DNA of 64,000 nt from Candidatus Iainarchaeum sp. (GCA_018304425.1 JAGVWE010000002.1:352001-416000), one strand, 5' to 3'. Shown: positions 36,992-46,004, counted from the stretch's first letter. Notes: generated by a model not told the origin, from the letters alone. A program made the numbers and translations.

Positions 36992-38458
36992 TCACTTGAG
37001 TGGTTTCATTTGGGGAAAGAAAATAATTTCCCGAATTGTTTTCGCGCCGGTCAACAACATGCAGAGGCGATCTATTCCAATTCCCAGGCCTGCGGCCGGC
37101 GGCATTCCGTAACGCATGGCGGCCACGAAATCCATGTCGATGGGGTGGTTCTCCCCTTTGGCAACGCCCTGGTCTGCCTGTTCCAAGAAAATCTTTTCCT
37201 GGTGCACGGGGTCGTTCAACTCTGAGTACGCGTTGGCGACTTCCCACCCGTTAATGAAGGGCTCAAACCGCTCGATGAGGTCCGGGTTGCCCCTTTTTTC
37301 CTTGCATAGCGGCGTGGTTTCCTTTGGGTGATCAATGATGAAAACCGGCTGGACCAGCTTCTCCTCCACCGTCTTGGAAAAGAGTTCGGCAATGGCGAGC
37401 CCCCGCTTGAATGGCATGACTTCCGCCTGGTGCTCTGCCAGCAGCCGCTTGAGGTCGGCATCGGAAAGTCTTTCGACATCCAAGCCCGCAAACCGTTTAA
37501 GGGCATCATATAGGGCGATACGGGGCCATGGAGCCTTCAGGTCGATTTCCTTCCCCTCAAAGGAAATCTTGGTGGTACCATTCACTTCCAGCGCGGCAGA
37601 CTCGAAGAGCTTTTCGGTCAATTCCATTAAATCATTGTAATCCCAGTAGGCGGCATAGCATTCCATCATCGTGAACTCAGGGTTGTGAGTCTTGTCCACA
37701 TCCTCGTTTCGGAAGTTTTTGCAGATCGTATAAACCTTGTCATAGCCGCCCATCAGCAGGCGCTTGAGGTAAAGCTCTGGCGAGATGGAAAGGAAGAAAT
37801 CCGATTTCCATGCGTGGGATTTCGTGATGAACGGCCGTGCATTGGCTCCTCCGTAAACCGATTGAAGGGTCGGTATTTCCACTTCCATGAAACCATAGGA
37901 CTCCAGGAACCGGCGGACGAAAGAAACGATTTTAGAGCGCTTGACGAATAGCTCGCGCACTTCAGGGTTCATGATCAAGTCCAGGTGGCGCTTGCGGTGC
38001 CGCTCCTCGATGTCCTGGAGGCCGGACCATTTCTCCGGCAGCGGCTCGATGGACTTAGCTAACACCTCAACATTTTCAAGGAAAACTGACAACTCGCCCT
38101 TGGCCGTGCGATGCACCCTGCCAGTCGCGCCCACAAAGTCGCCAACATCCACGAGGCCCAACAAGTCAATAACTTGTGCTGGCGTCTTATCCGCGGTGGC
38201 CATTAGTTGGACTCTTGCGCTGTGATCCCGAATATCCAGGAAGAACAACTTTCCGAAGCCCCTCTTGGCCATGACCCTGCCGCAAATTTTTACGCGCTGG
38301 CCCAGCATTTCGCCAGGCTGGACCCCCTCGAACTTCTGGTGGAATTCCTGGTTGGTGTGGGTGCGCTCAAATTTATAGGGGTATGGGTTGATGGCTTTGG
38401 TGCGCAAGGCCCCCAGGTGGTCCAGCTTGCTTTTTACCAAATCGCTTTCACGACCCAT
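36992..38458 (-). CDS. lysS: Lysine--tRNA ligase, class II
   Basis: N-terminal OB fold, GGANARPF, FRNED...HNPEF, YGMPPAAGLGIGIDR. Confidence 0.96.
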   Translation of the reverse strand: MGRESDLVKSKLDHLGALRTKAINPYPYKFERTHTNQEFHQKFEGVQPGEMLGQRVKICGRVMAKRGFGKLFFLDIRDHSARVQLMATADKTPAQVIDLLGLVDVGDFVGATGRVHRTAKGELSVFLENVEVLAKSIEPLPEKWSGLQDIEERHRKRHLDLIMNPEVRELFVKRSKIVSFVRRFLESYGFMEVEIPTLQSVYGGANARPFITKSHAWKSDFFLSISPELYLKRLLMGGYDKVYTICKNFRNEDVDKTHNPEFTMMECYAAYWDYNDLMELTEKLFESAALEVNGTTKISFEGKEIDLKAPWPRIALYDALKRFAGLDVERLSDADLKRLLAEHQAEVMPFKRGLAIAELFSKTVEEKLVQPVFIIDHPKETTPLCKEKRGNPDLIERFEPFINGWEVANAYSELNDPVHQEKIFLEQADQGVAKGENHPIDMDFVAAMRYGMPPAAGLGIGIDRLCMLLTGAKTIREIIFFPQMKPLK

Positions 38459-38608
38459 GCTAGTACTGCCTCAACCACATAAAATGCAGGGGAAGCCTTA
38501 AATAGGTTGAGAACAACGGATTGGACTGGGGGGACGAATTTCCAACCAAACCAAATAGCCTAAAAAAGTGGCCAAAAGGGCAATTAATTCACTTTTTGTG
38601 CTGCATCC

Positions 38609-39127
38609 TTACTTTTTGGCCGCTTTTCCGGCATGACTCGCCGCCAATGCTACATACTCACAGGCATTGGCCCTCAGGCCCCGGATCTCGGCTTTGGACA
38701 GCTTGCGCTTGACTTTGGCTGGTACGCCCATGACCAGCGACCCTGTCGGGATACGCATGCCCTCGGTTACCACCGCACCAGCCGCCACGAGGCAATTCCG
38801 GCCGATGCGGGCCCGATTCAAGACGATGGAGCCCATGCCGATAATACAATTGGAACCAATCACGCAACCGTGCACGATGGCGCCATGGCCAATGGAAACG
38901 CCGTCCCCGATTTTAATCGGTGCCTTCCTTGACACGTGTAGTGACGCGTTGTCCTGGATGTTGGTCTTGGCTCCAATGTTAATCTTGTTGAGGTCCGCCC
39001 TGATTACGGCGTGCAACCACACGCTTGAATCTGCTCCGATGGAAACCCGGCCAACCACGGCCGCCAGCGGGTGAACGAACGCGCGCCGAGCCAGCCTCGG
39101 AAAAACGGATCCGAATGGAAACAACAT
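38609..39127 (-). CDS. Gamma carbonic anhydrase family protein
   Basis: AVIRAD, TNIQDNASLH, IGHGAIVHGC, hexapeptide repeats, GVPAK. Confidence 0.92.
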   Translation of the reverse strand: MLFPFGSVFPRLARRAFVHPLAAVVGRVSIGADSSVWLHAVIRADLNKINIGAKTNIQDNASLHVSRKAPIKIGDGVSIGHGAIVHGCVIGSNCIIGMGSIVLNRARIGRNCLVAAGAVVTEGMRIPTGSLVMGVPAKVKRKLSKAEIRGLRANACEYVALAASHAGKAAKK

Positions 39128-39131
39128 TGTT

Positions 39132-39983
39132 TCACCTGTACTCAAAAAAACCGGCATGCGTTTTCAGGCCCAGCTTTCCCTGCCTGACCTTCTCGACCAA
39201 GATTTTTGGCGGCTGGAGCGCGCCCTGGCCTGGCTGGCAACCGAGTTGCTGAATGGATTCCAGACAGTGGTCAAGGCCGATAGCATCCGCCAATTCAAAA
39301 ACGCCCTGACGCCCGCCCTGCCGGAACCGTATAACCAAGTCCAGGTCCGTAGGCGAAACAATCCCTTCCTCCACCAAATGGCATGCCTCACACAACGTGA
39401 CCAGAAACAGCCGTTCACTGACCAGTCCTGGCACGTTGTTCACCACGATTGGCGACTTCCCCAAAAAACAGAAAAACTCGCGCAACGATTCCAGGGTCTT
39501 GTCGGAAGTGCGGCTTCCACGGGATAGTTCAACCAACCGGGAAGCATTTACAGGCTTTGGAAAATGGGCGCCCGCAAACCGGGAAGGGTTTGAAATGGAG
39601 CCCGACACGGAACCAAGAGAAAAAATGGCGGAGTTGGTGCAAAAAATCGTTGAAGGCGAACAGACGCTGTCCAGCTCAAGGAAGGCGTTTGCCTTTTTCT
39701 GCAGGTTTTCCGGCAGCACCTCCAAAACAAGGTCTGCCCGGGCCGCCGCATTATAATGAATGGCGGTTGTGATGTGGTCTAATGCCCCCACCCTTTTTTC
39801 GATGGGAATTCCTTCTAGTGTGTACAAGTTCTCCAGGGTGGCGTTTACCCGCTTCATGGCCTCTTGAAGGAGGTCTTCCCGTACATCAATCAAGGTCACG
39901 GAAATGCCTGCAAGGGAAACGAGTGCTGCCAAGGCCACCCCTGTTTCCCCTGCCCCGACGATGGCGATGTTTTTCGGCAACAT
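39132..39983 (-). CDS. 3-hydroxyacyl-CoA dehydrogenase family protein
   Basis: IAIVGAG, EVLPENL, TNS, GAHF..P, LVE, DAIGLD, GKLGLKT..GFF. Confidence 0.85.
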   Translation of the reverse strand: MLPKNIAIVGAGETGVALAALVSLAGISVTLIDVREDLLQEAMKRVNATLENLYTLEGIPIEKRVGALDHITTAIHYNAAARADLVLEVLPENLQKKANAFLELDSVCSPSTIFCTNSAIFSLGSVSGSISNPSRFAGAHFPKPVNASRLVELSRGSRTSDKTLESLREFFCFLGKSPIVVNNVPGLVSERLFLVTLCEACHLVEEGIVSPTDLDLVIRFRQGGRQGVFELADAIGLDHCLESIQQLGCQPGQGALQPPKILVEKVRQGKLGLKTHAGFFEYR

Positions 39984-39994
39984 GTTTCCACGAA

Positions 39995-40068
39995 TGGGGC
40001 TGGCGTGATTTGAACACGCGACACACCGGTCTTCAGCCGATTGCTCTCCCAGGCTGAGCTACAGCCCC
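39995..40068 (-). tRNA. tRNA-Phe (GAA)
   Basis: GGGGCTGTAGCTCAGCCTGGGAGAGC...CT-GAA-GA...GTTCAAAT...CAGCCCCA cloverleaf. Confidence 0.95.
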
Positions 40069-40134
40069 GATTTTCTCGGGCTGTGCCATGCAACGCATGG
40101 CACGTTTTCCCAGGGCTTTTGTAAAAAGCCCTAG

Positions 40135-40208
40135 CGAGCCCAGAGGGATTTGAACCCTCGACACCCTGGTTAAGAGCCAGGTGCTCTACCAAGCTGAGCT
40201 ATGGGCCC
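40135..40208 (-). tRNA. tRNA-Lys (CTT)
   Basis: GGGCCCATAGCTCAG...CCTGG CT-CTT-AA CCAGG...GTTCAAATC...GGGCTCG. Confidence 0.95.
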
Positions 40209-40233
40209 GAATGACTTCCTTTCCGGACGCGAG

Positions 40234-40307
40234 CGAGCCCGCGGGGATTTGAACCCCGGACACCTTGGTTAAAAGCCAAGTGCTCTGCCAGGCTGAGCTA
40301 CGGGCCC
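40234..40307 (-). tRNA. tRNA-Lys (TTT)
   Basis: GGGCCCGTAGCTCAG...CTTGG CT-TTT-AA CCAAG...GTTCAAATC...GGGCTCG. Confidence 0.95.
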
Positions 40308-40416
40308 CTTGAGGCCAAGGCCGCCTCTAAAAGGCTGAAAACCCCTTGTGTTGGCCAAAAAAGGAATCAAACGAATTATGCCTGAAAGGGGTTTAAAATG
40401 CTTGTGCTGCCGGGCT

Positions 40417-41709
40417 TTAAAGTGGTTTAGCGGGTTTTATCTCCGTTAACCCCCCCATATAGGCTTGGAGTGGTTTGGGAATTTGAATCCGGCCCTTTTC
40501 ATCCGTGAAGTTCTCGACGATTGCCCGCAGCGCACGGGAGGTTGCGATGGCCGTGCTGTTAAGGGTGTGGACATAGGCTTTGTCCAGAGACCCCTTCTTC
40601 CGAAACTTGATATTGGAGCGCACGGCCTGGTAGGACGTGCAATTGGAGCAGGAAATGGCTTCCTTATAGGCTTGCTCCCTTGGCATCCACGCCTCTAAGT
40701 CATATTTCTTGGCGGCAACCGCTCCGATGTCACCCGTGCAAATGAGCACAACCCGGTAAGGCAACCCTAGTTTTTGGAACAGCGCCTCTGCATTTGCTAG
40801 CAATTCAGCATGGATTTTGGGTGAATCCTCCGGCCGGCAAAAAACGAATTGCTCCACTTTATTGAATTGGTGGACGCGAAACAAACCCCGGGTGTCCACG
40901 CCATGCGCACCGATTTCCTTGCGAAAGCACGGGCTCAGGCCAGCCAACTTAATGGGTAACTTGTCCTCTTCTAGGATTTCATCACGAAACATGGAGCAAA
41001 TCGCGTGCTCCGACGTGGCAATCAAGAAGAGGTCGTGACCTTCCACCTTATACATGACGCGTTCAAAGTCCACTAAATCGGTTACCCCCTCATAGGCGGC
41101 ACGCGATATCATGTATGGTGGCTGGACAACCGTGAACCCCTTTTTTGCCAAGAAGTCAAGCGCAAACCGGGCCAGGGCTTGTTCAAGCAAGGCCAACTCG
41201 CCTAAAAGGAAGTAGAACCCTGCACCTGAAATCTTGGTGCCGCGAGTAAAGTCAGCTAACCCTGCTTCCTGCAGGAACTCGCCATGGGGCTTTAAGGTGC
41301 CTGTGGACTTGCTGGGTTTCCCCCAGGTTTTTACGACTTCATTGTCCGTTGAATCACGACCAAAAGGCACGGTTGGATCCAACAGGTTGGGTAGATGCAT
41401 CGAGTAACGATGGCTCTGCTGTTGGTGCTCCGCGGCTGCTTTCTCTAGCTCCTGAACCCTGCCGGGGATTGCCTTGGCTTCTGCAAGCGCCTGGCTTGCA
41501 TCCGTTCCAGCCCGCTTCAGGGAGTCGATTTCCTTGGATATTTCGTTACGGCGCTTCCGCAAGTCGTCGATTTCCCGCTTAAGCCGGCGCCATTCCTCGT
41601 CATGATGAATGAGCGCACTAAACGAGCGCTTCAATTTTTCGTCTCGGCGCCGTACTAGGTTCTCTGCGACCTCGCCCTGGTGTTCTCTAACCCAGTGGAT
41701 ATCAAGCAT
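40417..41709 (-). CDS. serS: Serine--tRNA ligase
   Basis: MLDI, coiled arm, LIATSE, CFRKEIG, RVHQFNKVE, SCSNC, HTLNST. Confidence 0.96.
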   Translation of the reverse strand: MLDIHWVREHQGEVAENLVRRRDEKLKRSFSALIHHDEEWRRLKREIDDLRKRRNEISKEIDSLKRAGTDASQALAEAKAIPGRVQELEKAAAEHQQQSHRYSMHLPNLLDPTVPFGRDSTDNEVVKTWGKPSKSTGTLKPHGEFLQEAGLADFTRGTKISGAGFYFLLGELALLEQALARFALDFLAKKGFTVVQPPYMISRAAYEGVTDLVDFERVMYKVEGHDLFLIATSEHAICSMFRDEILEEDKLPIKLAGLSPCFRKEIGAHGVDTRGLFRVHQFNKVEQFVFCRPEDSPKIHAELLANAEALFQKLGLPYRVVLICTGDIGAVAAKKYDLEAWMPREQAYKEAISCSNCTSYQAVRSNIKFRKKGSLDKAYVHTLNSTAIATSRALRAIVENFTDEKGRIQIPKPLQAYMGGLTEIKPAKPL

Positions 41710-41757
41710 AACAACTAATAACTATACAGGGGTTATTAAAATATTCTGGGAAAGCGT

Positions 41758-42297
41758 ATGCCGCCTAAAGACGTTATTGTGCTCCGTTACGGGCATCGCC
41801 CTTACCGAGACCAGCGGGTAACCACGCATTGTTGCTTGGTGGCCAGGGCCTTTGGGGCCAGCAAAATCCTTGTTGAAGGAGAAACGGACCCGGTTCTGCT
41901 GGAAACGGTTAAATCGGTCAATGCGACCTGGGGCCAAGGCATTGAAGTGGGTTTCTGTCCTGCCTGGAAGCCCGTTTTGCGTGGACTAAAAATGGAGGGA
42001 TATGCCATTGTTCACTTGACCATGTATGGGCTGGAACTCGAAAAAACCATGCCGAAAATCCGGAACGCCCGCAGGGTGTGTGTAGTAATAGGCTCACAGA
42101 AAGTGGAACGGGGCGTGTATGAGCTCGCGGATTGGAACCTGGCAGTTGGATCAACGCCCCATAGTGAGATTGCCGCCCTCGCGGTTTTCCTGCATGAATT
42201 GTTCAAAGGAAGGGAGCTCAGAACCGGTTTTGCGGGCGCGCGCCTTGCGATCCAGCCGAATGCATGCGGTAAACAAGTGGTCAGGGCAGACCGATAA
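41758..42297 (+). CDS. tRNA (cytidine56-2'-O)-methyltransferase aTrm56
   Basis: LRYGHRPYRDQRVTTH, VHLTMYG, GSQKV, PHSEIAALAVFL. Confidence 0.93.
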   Translation: MPPKDVIVLRYGHRPYRDQRVTTHCCLVARAFGASKILVEGETDPVLLETVKSVNATWGQGIEVGFCPAWKPVLRGLKMEGYAIVHLTMYGLELEKTMPKIRNARRVCVVIGSQKVERGVYELADWNLAVGSTPHSEIAALAVFLHELFKGRELRTGFAGARLAIQPNACGKQVVRADR

Positions 42298-42332
42298 ATG
42301 GATTTAAATTACTATTTTTGGTCAGGTATGGT

Positions 42333-42878
42333 ATGGGAATCAAGAAAATATTTAACTTTGCGATAACCCGAGATTTTTTGAAGAAGGTTGGGGGAGACTA
42401 TGCGCCTGAACTGGTCAAAATATGCGAGAACCGGGGTAAACCGATAACGGACGAGGAAATAGGCAAAAAACTGCCCTTGAAAATCACTGAAATCCGCACT
42501 ATTCTTAACCGGCTTCACTTCCGCGGCATTGCCGCCTATCAAAAGACACGGAACACGAATACGGGCTGGTACTCGTATACTTGGGAAATAAGTGCGGGCC
42601 GGGTAGCGGAGTTAATTCTGGACGAACAGGCCCAGGAAATAACCAAACTCGAAAAGAGGTCTGAATTTGAGGAAGGCCACGCCATCTTTAATTGCAAGCG
42701 AAAATGCAGTGACTTCCCATTTGAAGTGGCCGCTGAATATCAGTTCCGTTGCCCTGAATGCGGAGAAACCATGAACCCCGCAGACGCCAAGAAGAGAACC
42801 AAGAACCTGAAACAACACGTGGGGGCATTGAAAGATGAAGTGGCTTTGCTCAAGAAGTACAAAGAACGGTACATTTAA
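42333..42878 (+). CDS. tfe: Transcription factor E alpha
   Basis: TDEEI...IRTILNRL, GWYSYTW, Zn ribbon C..C...FRCPECG. Confidence 0.9.
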   Translation: MGIKKIFNFAITRDFLKKVGGDYAPELVKICENRGKPITDEEIGKKLPLKITEIRTILNRLHFRGIAAYQKTRNTNTGWYSYTWEISAGRVAELILDEQAQEITKLEKRSEFEEGHAIFNCKRKCSDFPFEVAAEYQFRCPECGETMNPADAKKRTKNLKQHVGALKDEVALLKKYKERYI

Positions 42879-43007
42879 CACAAATTATTGGACAAATAAA
42901 ACAAAAAGAAAAAAACACTAAATTATGGGTTTTCGTTGAAATCCTGGTTTTAAATTGCCTCTTTTTCAAAAAACAGGCTTTAAACGCTTCCTTTTGGGCT
43001 AAAACAC

Positions 43008-43023
43008 GAAACGCTTTTATAAA
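43008..43023 (+). promoter_or_regulatory. BRE/TATA promoter of tRNA-iMet
   Basis: GAAACGC-TTTTATAAA about 25-30 nt upstream of the tRNA 5' end. Confidence 0.6.
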
Positions 43024-43046
43024 TGTTTCGAGGAATAAAGTAGAAT

Positions 43047-43121
43047 AGCGGGGTAGGGCAGCCAGGAGTGCCCGTCGGGCTCATAACCCGAAGGTCAAAG
43101 GTTCAAATCCTTTCCCCGCTA
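43047..43121 (+). tRNA. Initiator tRNA-Met (CAT)
   Basis: A1-U72 pair, GGG/CCC in the anticodon stem, CT-CAT-AA loop. Confidence 0.95.
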
Positions 43122-43333
43122 CTAACCGGTTTAACCGTTTACTTTGCTGAGCCCGCGTTTTGCCCCCCCTAACCCCTTTGGGTACTTTTCGTGAAAGCCG
43201 GCCCAAACCACCCTACTTTTTGGCTGCGGACGAGGATCGACAAATGAAAAGCACTCACAAATATGGGGTGTGCCTGGTACTTGCGGCCAACCGACACACT
43301 TTTAGCTAGGGCCAGCCAAACGCCCCCATTTTT

Positions 43334-43507
43334 CACTCACTTTTTAGCCAAACCACCCAAAAACCCAGTAGAATGCACTCACTTTTTAACTCAAAAACAA
43401 GCCAAAATAAGTTTAACCAACAGAAAACCATAACTAAGTAATTACCATCAATACAAATAGTAATTACCATCCTTATAGTAAAGATTAAAAGTAATGACGA
43501 TCATTAC
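43334..43507. repeat. Short direct repeats in AT-rich leader
   Basis: CACTCACTTTTTA at 43334 and 43376; AGTAATTACCATC at 43437 and 43459, variant AGTAATGACGATC at 43490. Confidence 0.75.
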
Positions 43508-43513
43508 AGTAGC

Positions 43514-43990
43514 ATGCGTTTAGTTCGCTTTGTGCACTCCTTACTAACCCGACTCGGGCTTCAGCAGCCCGCCACCCCAATAGTAACAGGGAGCGACTCA
43601 ATTTACGCGGGGGAATCCGCCCGTCCTGTAACCGTAAGCGAACAACCCCCCACCATAGTAAATTTGTGGGATTATTTGGCGTTTAAGGAAAACACCCAAG
43701 CCCAACACATTGTTGCTGTTTTAGGTTTTGAAGAATGGATACCAATGGAGGAGCTGTGCCGGCGCATAATCGAAGTGTTTGCGGTTGAATATGAAAACGA
43801 CCGCAGCCTGTATCCTTATGTGAAAACACTAGTGGATGCTGGCCTCCTAGAAACCATTCGCACGGAACGCAAACAAAAATGGCGGAAACGGGCGCTCTTT
43901 TTCAGATTGTTAAAGAAGCGGCAGGACCGAGAGGAAACAGAGACAATCCTACTAGAGGCCAGACCTACACCAGTCAAGGCAATGCCCTAA
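43514..43990 (+). CDS. Hypothetical winged-helix-like DNA-binding protein
   Basis: EELCRRI...SLYPYVKTLVDAGLLETI...KWR resembles a wHTH recognition helix plus wing; start uncertain. Confidence 0.55.
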   Translation: MRLVRFVHSLLTRLGLQQPATPIVTGSDSIYAGESARPVTVSEQPPTIVNLWDYLAFKENTQAQHIVAVLGFEEWIPMEELCRRIIEVFAVEYENDRSLYPYVKTLVDAGLLETIRTERKQKWRKRALFFRLLKKRQDREETETILLEARPTPVKAMP

Positions 43991-44531
43991 CAGACAGTGC
44001 TGTGATCTTCTGGGCTTGGGGGGTGTGGGCGCACTCTTTAACCCACTCACACGCAGCCAACCGAGCAAACGCGGCACTGGCGCCGGGGGATAACCCCTTG
44101 TAGTTGCCGGTTGGTTCCAGTGTGCTAGCTTGTTCACCCAAGCTTTTAAGCGAGGCCATAACACGGGCAGCCGCCGCATCAAGGGCCTGGGCGGCATCTG
44201 AAACGCTGATGTCCCGCTCATCCGTGTAATAGGCCGCTTTCCAATCCCCCTTCACATGCCATTCGTGGCTGGGGTTTTTGCCGGTTTTGAAAAAATCGAC
44301 CAGTGCAGAGAGGGCGCTTTTGGGGATTAAAACCAGGTTTTTGCCTGGTTTGGTGAAGGGAAATGAGGATAATACTCCTGGGCGGTGGTACCGGTATGTT
44401 TTACCAGATGATTTGGAAACATTCTGGGTGTAACCATAAAGTGCGCGGAAAAGTTTTTGGTAGGTGTATGAAGAGTGCTTGATGTCGCTAGGTAAAATAA
44501 ACTTGTACTGAACCAGGATTGCTTGGACCAC
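43974..44531 (-). CDS. Hypothetical protein
   Basis: 185-aa ORF with SD-like GAGGGG; KLFRALYGY...YRYHRPGVL loosely recalls archaeal Cas2/VapD-like ferredoxin-fold proteins (weak). Confidence 0.65.
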   Translation of the reverse strand: MVQAILVQYKFILPSDIKHSSYTYQKLFRALYGYTQNVSKSSGKTYRYHRPGVLSSFPFTKPGKNLVLIPKSALSALVDFFKTGKNPSHEWHVKGDWKAAYYTDERDISVSDAAQALDAAAARVMASLKSLGEQASTLEPTGNYKGLSPGASAAFARLAACEWVKECAHTPQAQKITALSVRALP

Positions 44532-44635
44532 GCAGACCCCTCAATTCCACTATTGGTTTTTAATTGGTTGATTGATCGTTTATGTAGTTGAGTTAAACAT
44601 AATTTGGTTTGGGTTTTAGCGTGTGTTTATGGTGG

Positions 44636-44938
44636 TTAGCGGCGGTATCTAAAAGCCGTGCGCTGTTTTGGGGTGGGTTCGATCTCTTCTTCTTCCTCCA
44701 CCCGACCCGTAGAAACAATCAAAATGTCTTTGGCGGCGCGGACGTTCTTGTAGGGGATGCTTTTGTCGGTTATAATGCGTTTGGCTTCTTGTTTGGTTTT
44801 GGCTTTCAATGCCTCCGTAGTAATGGTTTCAATCCGCCCCTTCTCTAAATTAATCACCAAGTCGAAGACCTTTCCCCGGTAATCACCAATATCCGTGTAT
44901 ATATCCATTCCAAACAACCGCGAAAGCCGTACCGTCAT
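44636..44938 (-). CDS. PRC-barrel domain protein (CdpB-like)
   Basis: LSRLFGMDIYTDIGDYRGKVFDLVIN...IPYKNVRAAKDILIV; SD GGAGGT upstream. Confidence 0.85.
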   Translation of the reverse strand: MTVRLSRLFGMDIYTDIGDYRGKVFDLVINLEKGRIETITTEALKAKTKQEAKRIITDKSIPYKNVRAAKDILIVSTGRVEEEEEIEPTPKQRTAFRYRR

Positions 44939-45072
44939 TTTCCTACCTCCAAAAGCCAATGACAATAATAAACGCTTCCCCCTATTTAAATGTTTTGGTA
45001 TGAAAAGGCAACGCAACCAAGCCCAGACGAACCAAACACGAAACCAACCCCAATAGTGGAAGTAGGGGTAGA

Positions 45073-45924
45073 CTATAGATTGTCCAGGGGGCTTTTAACC
45101 TTCTTGAGCTCATCGGTTGTGACGTGCGTATAAATTTGGGTGGTGCTCAAATTACTATGCCCCAGCAGCTCCTGTATTTTCCGGATGTTTTCCCCCCCCT
45201 CCAACAAATGGGTGGCGTACGAATGCCGTAGGGTGTGGGGTGTGACCCGTTTGGGAATACCAGCTTTTTTAGCCGCCTCCCGGATAATTCGTTCGATCGT
45301 GTCCGTGGAAATGGGGTTTTGGGTGGTTTTCTGGGAGAAAACAAAGGGGCTGGCCACCTTCCGCCGTTTCAACTGTTTCTTCAATTCCTTGATCCAGGCA
45401 GTAGACAGGATAATGATGCGGTCCTTGTTTCCCTTCCCCCCCCACACCCGCGCAATTTTTTCCCGCAAATCAAGGTCATCCAACTTGATTTTGGCCGCTT
45501 CACTGACGCGCACACCGCTTGCATAGAGGAATTCCACGATCAGCCGGTTCCGCCCAAATCGGGTTGCCTTTATGAGGCCGCGCACCTCTTCCATAGTCAG
45601 CACCGACGGCAGTTTTTTGGCTTTTTTGGGTACTTTAATGTCCTCCACAATTTTTTTCTTGAGAAAAGAGTGGAAAAAGAACTTTAACGCCGAATGCACC
45701 AAAGCCAGGGTGGCATTGGCTGCATTCGTGTCCTGCTTTTTTTTAGCCAGAAAGGCAACAACGTCTCCCCGGTCAATGGAGTCCACTGGTTTGTTTGTGT
45801 GCGCCAGAAATTGGCGTGCATATATGCCGTACATCTTCAGTGTTTTGCCCGAGTAACCCGCAACCAGCAGCTCCTGGTTATAGCGTTCCAGTAGTTGTGC
45901 CTGCTCGGCTGGCTCCAAAGGCAT
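45073..45924 (-). CDS. xerA: XerA-type tyrosine recombinase
   Basis: SGVRVSE, GKGNKDR, HTLRHSYATH, LLGHSNLSTTQIY (R-K-H-R-H-Y). Confidence 0.9.
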   Translation of the reverse strand: MPLEPAEQAQLLERYNQELLVAGYSGKTLKMYGIYARQFLAHTNKPVDSIDRGDVVAFLAKKKQDTNAANATLALVHSALKFFFHSFLKKKIVEDIKVPKKAKKLPSVLTMEEVRGLIKATRFGRNRLIVEFLYASGVRVSEAAKIKLDDLDLREKIARVWGGKGNKDRIIILSTAWIKELKKQLKRRKVASPFVFSQKTTQNPISTDTIERIIREAAKKAGIPKRVTPHTLRHSYATHLLEGGENIRKIQELLGHSNLSTTQIYTHVTTDELKKVKSPLDNL

Positions 45925-46004
45925 ACATCCATTACTCAAGCGCACTTAATATAGTTTTGTGGGCACCGGAAAGCCTTAATAAGATTTATTTTCCTAGACT
46001 TGGT

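Noticed and set aside
43122-43513. CRISPR array
   Set aside because: The repeats are only 13 bp, occur in 2-3 copies and lack a regular spacer structure; no cas operon is present.
43047-45924. Integrated element between tRNA-iMet and the tyrosine recombinase
   Set aside because: No convincing att duplication was found; only a 10-bp CCTTTCCCCG match inside the PRC-barrel gene. The recombinase looks like chromosomal XerA and no viral or plasmid genes are seen.
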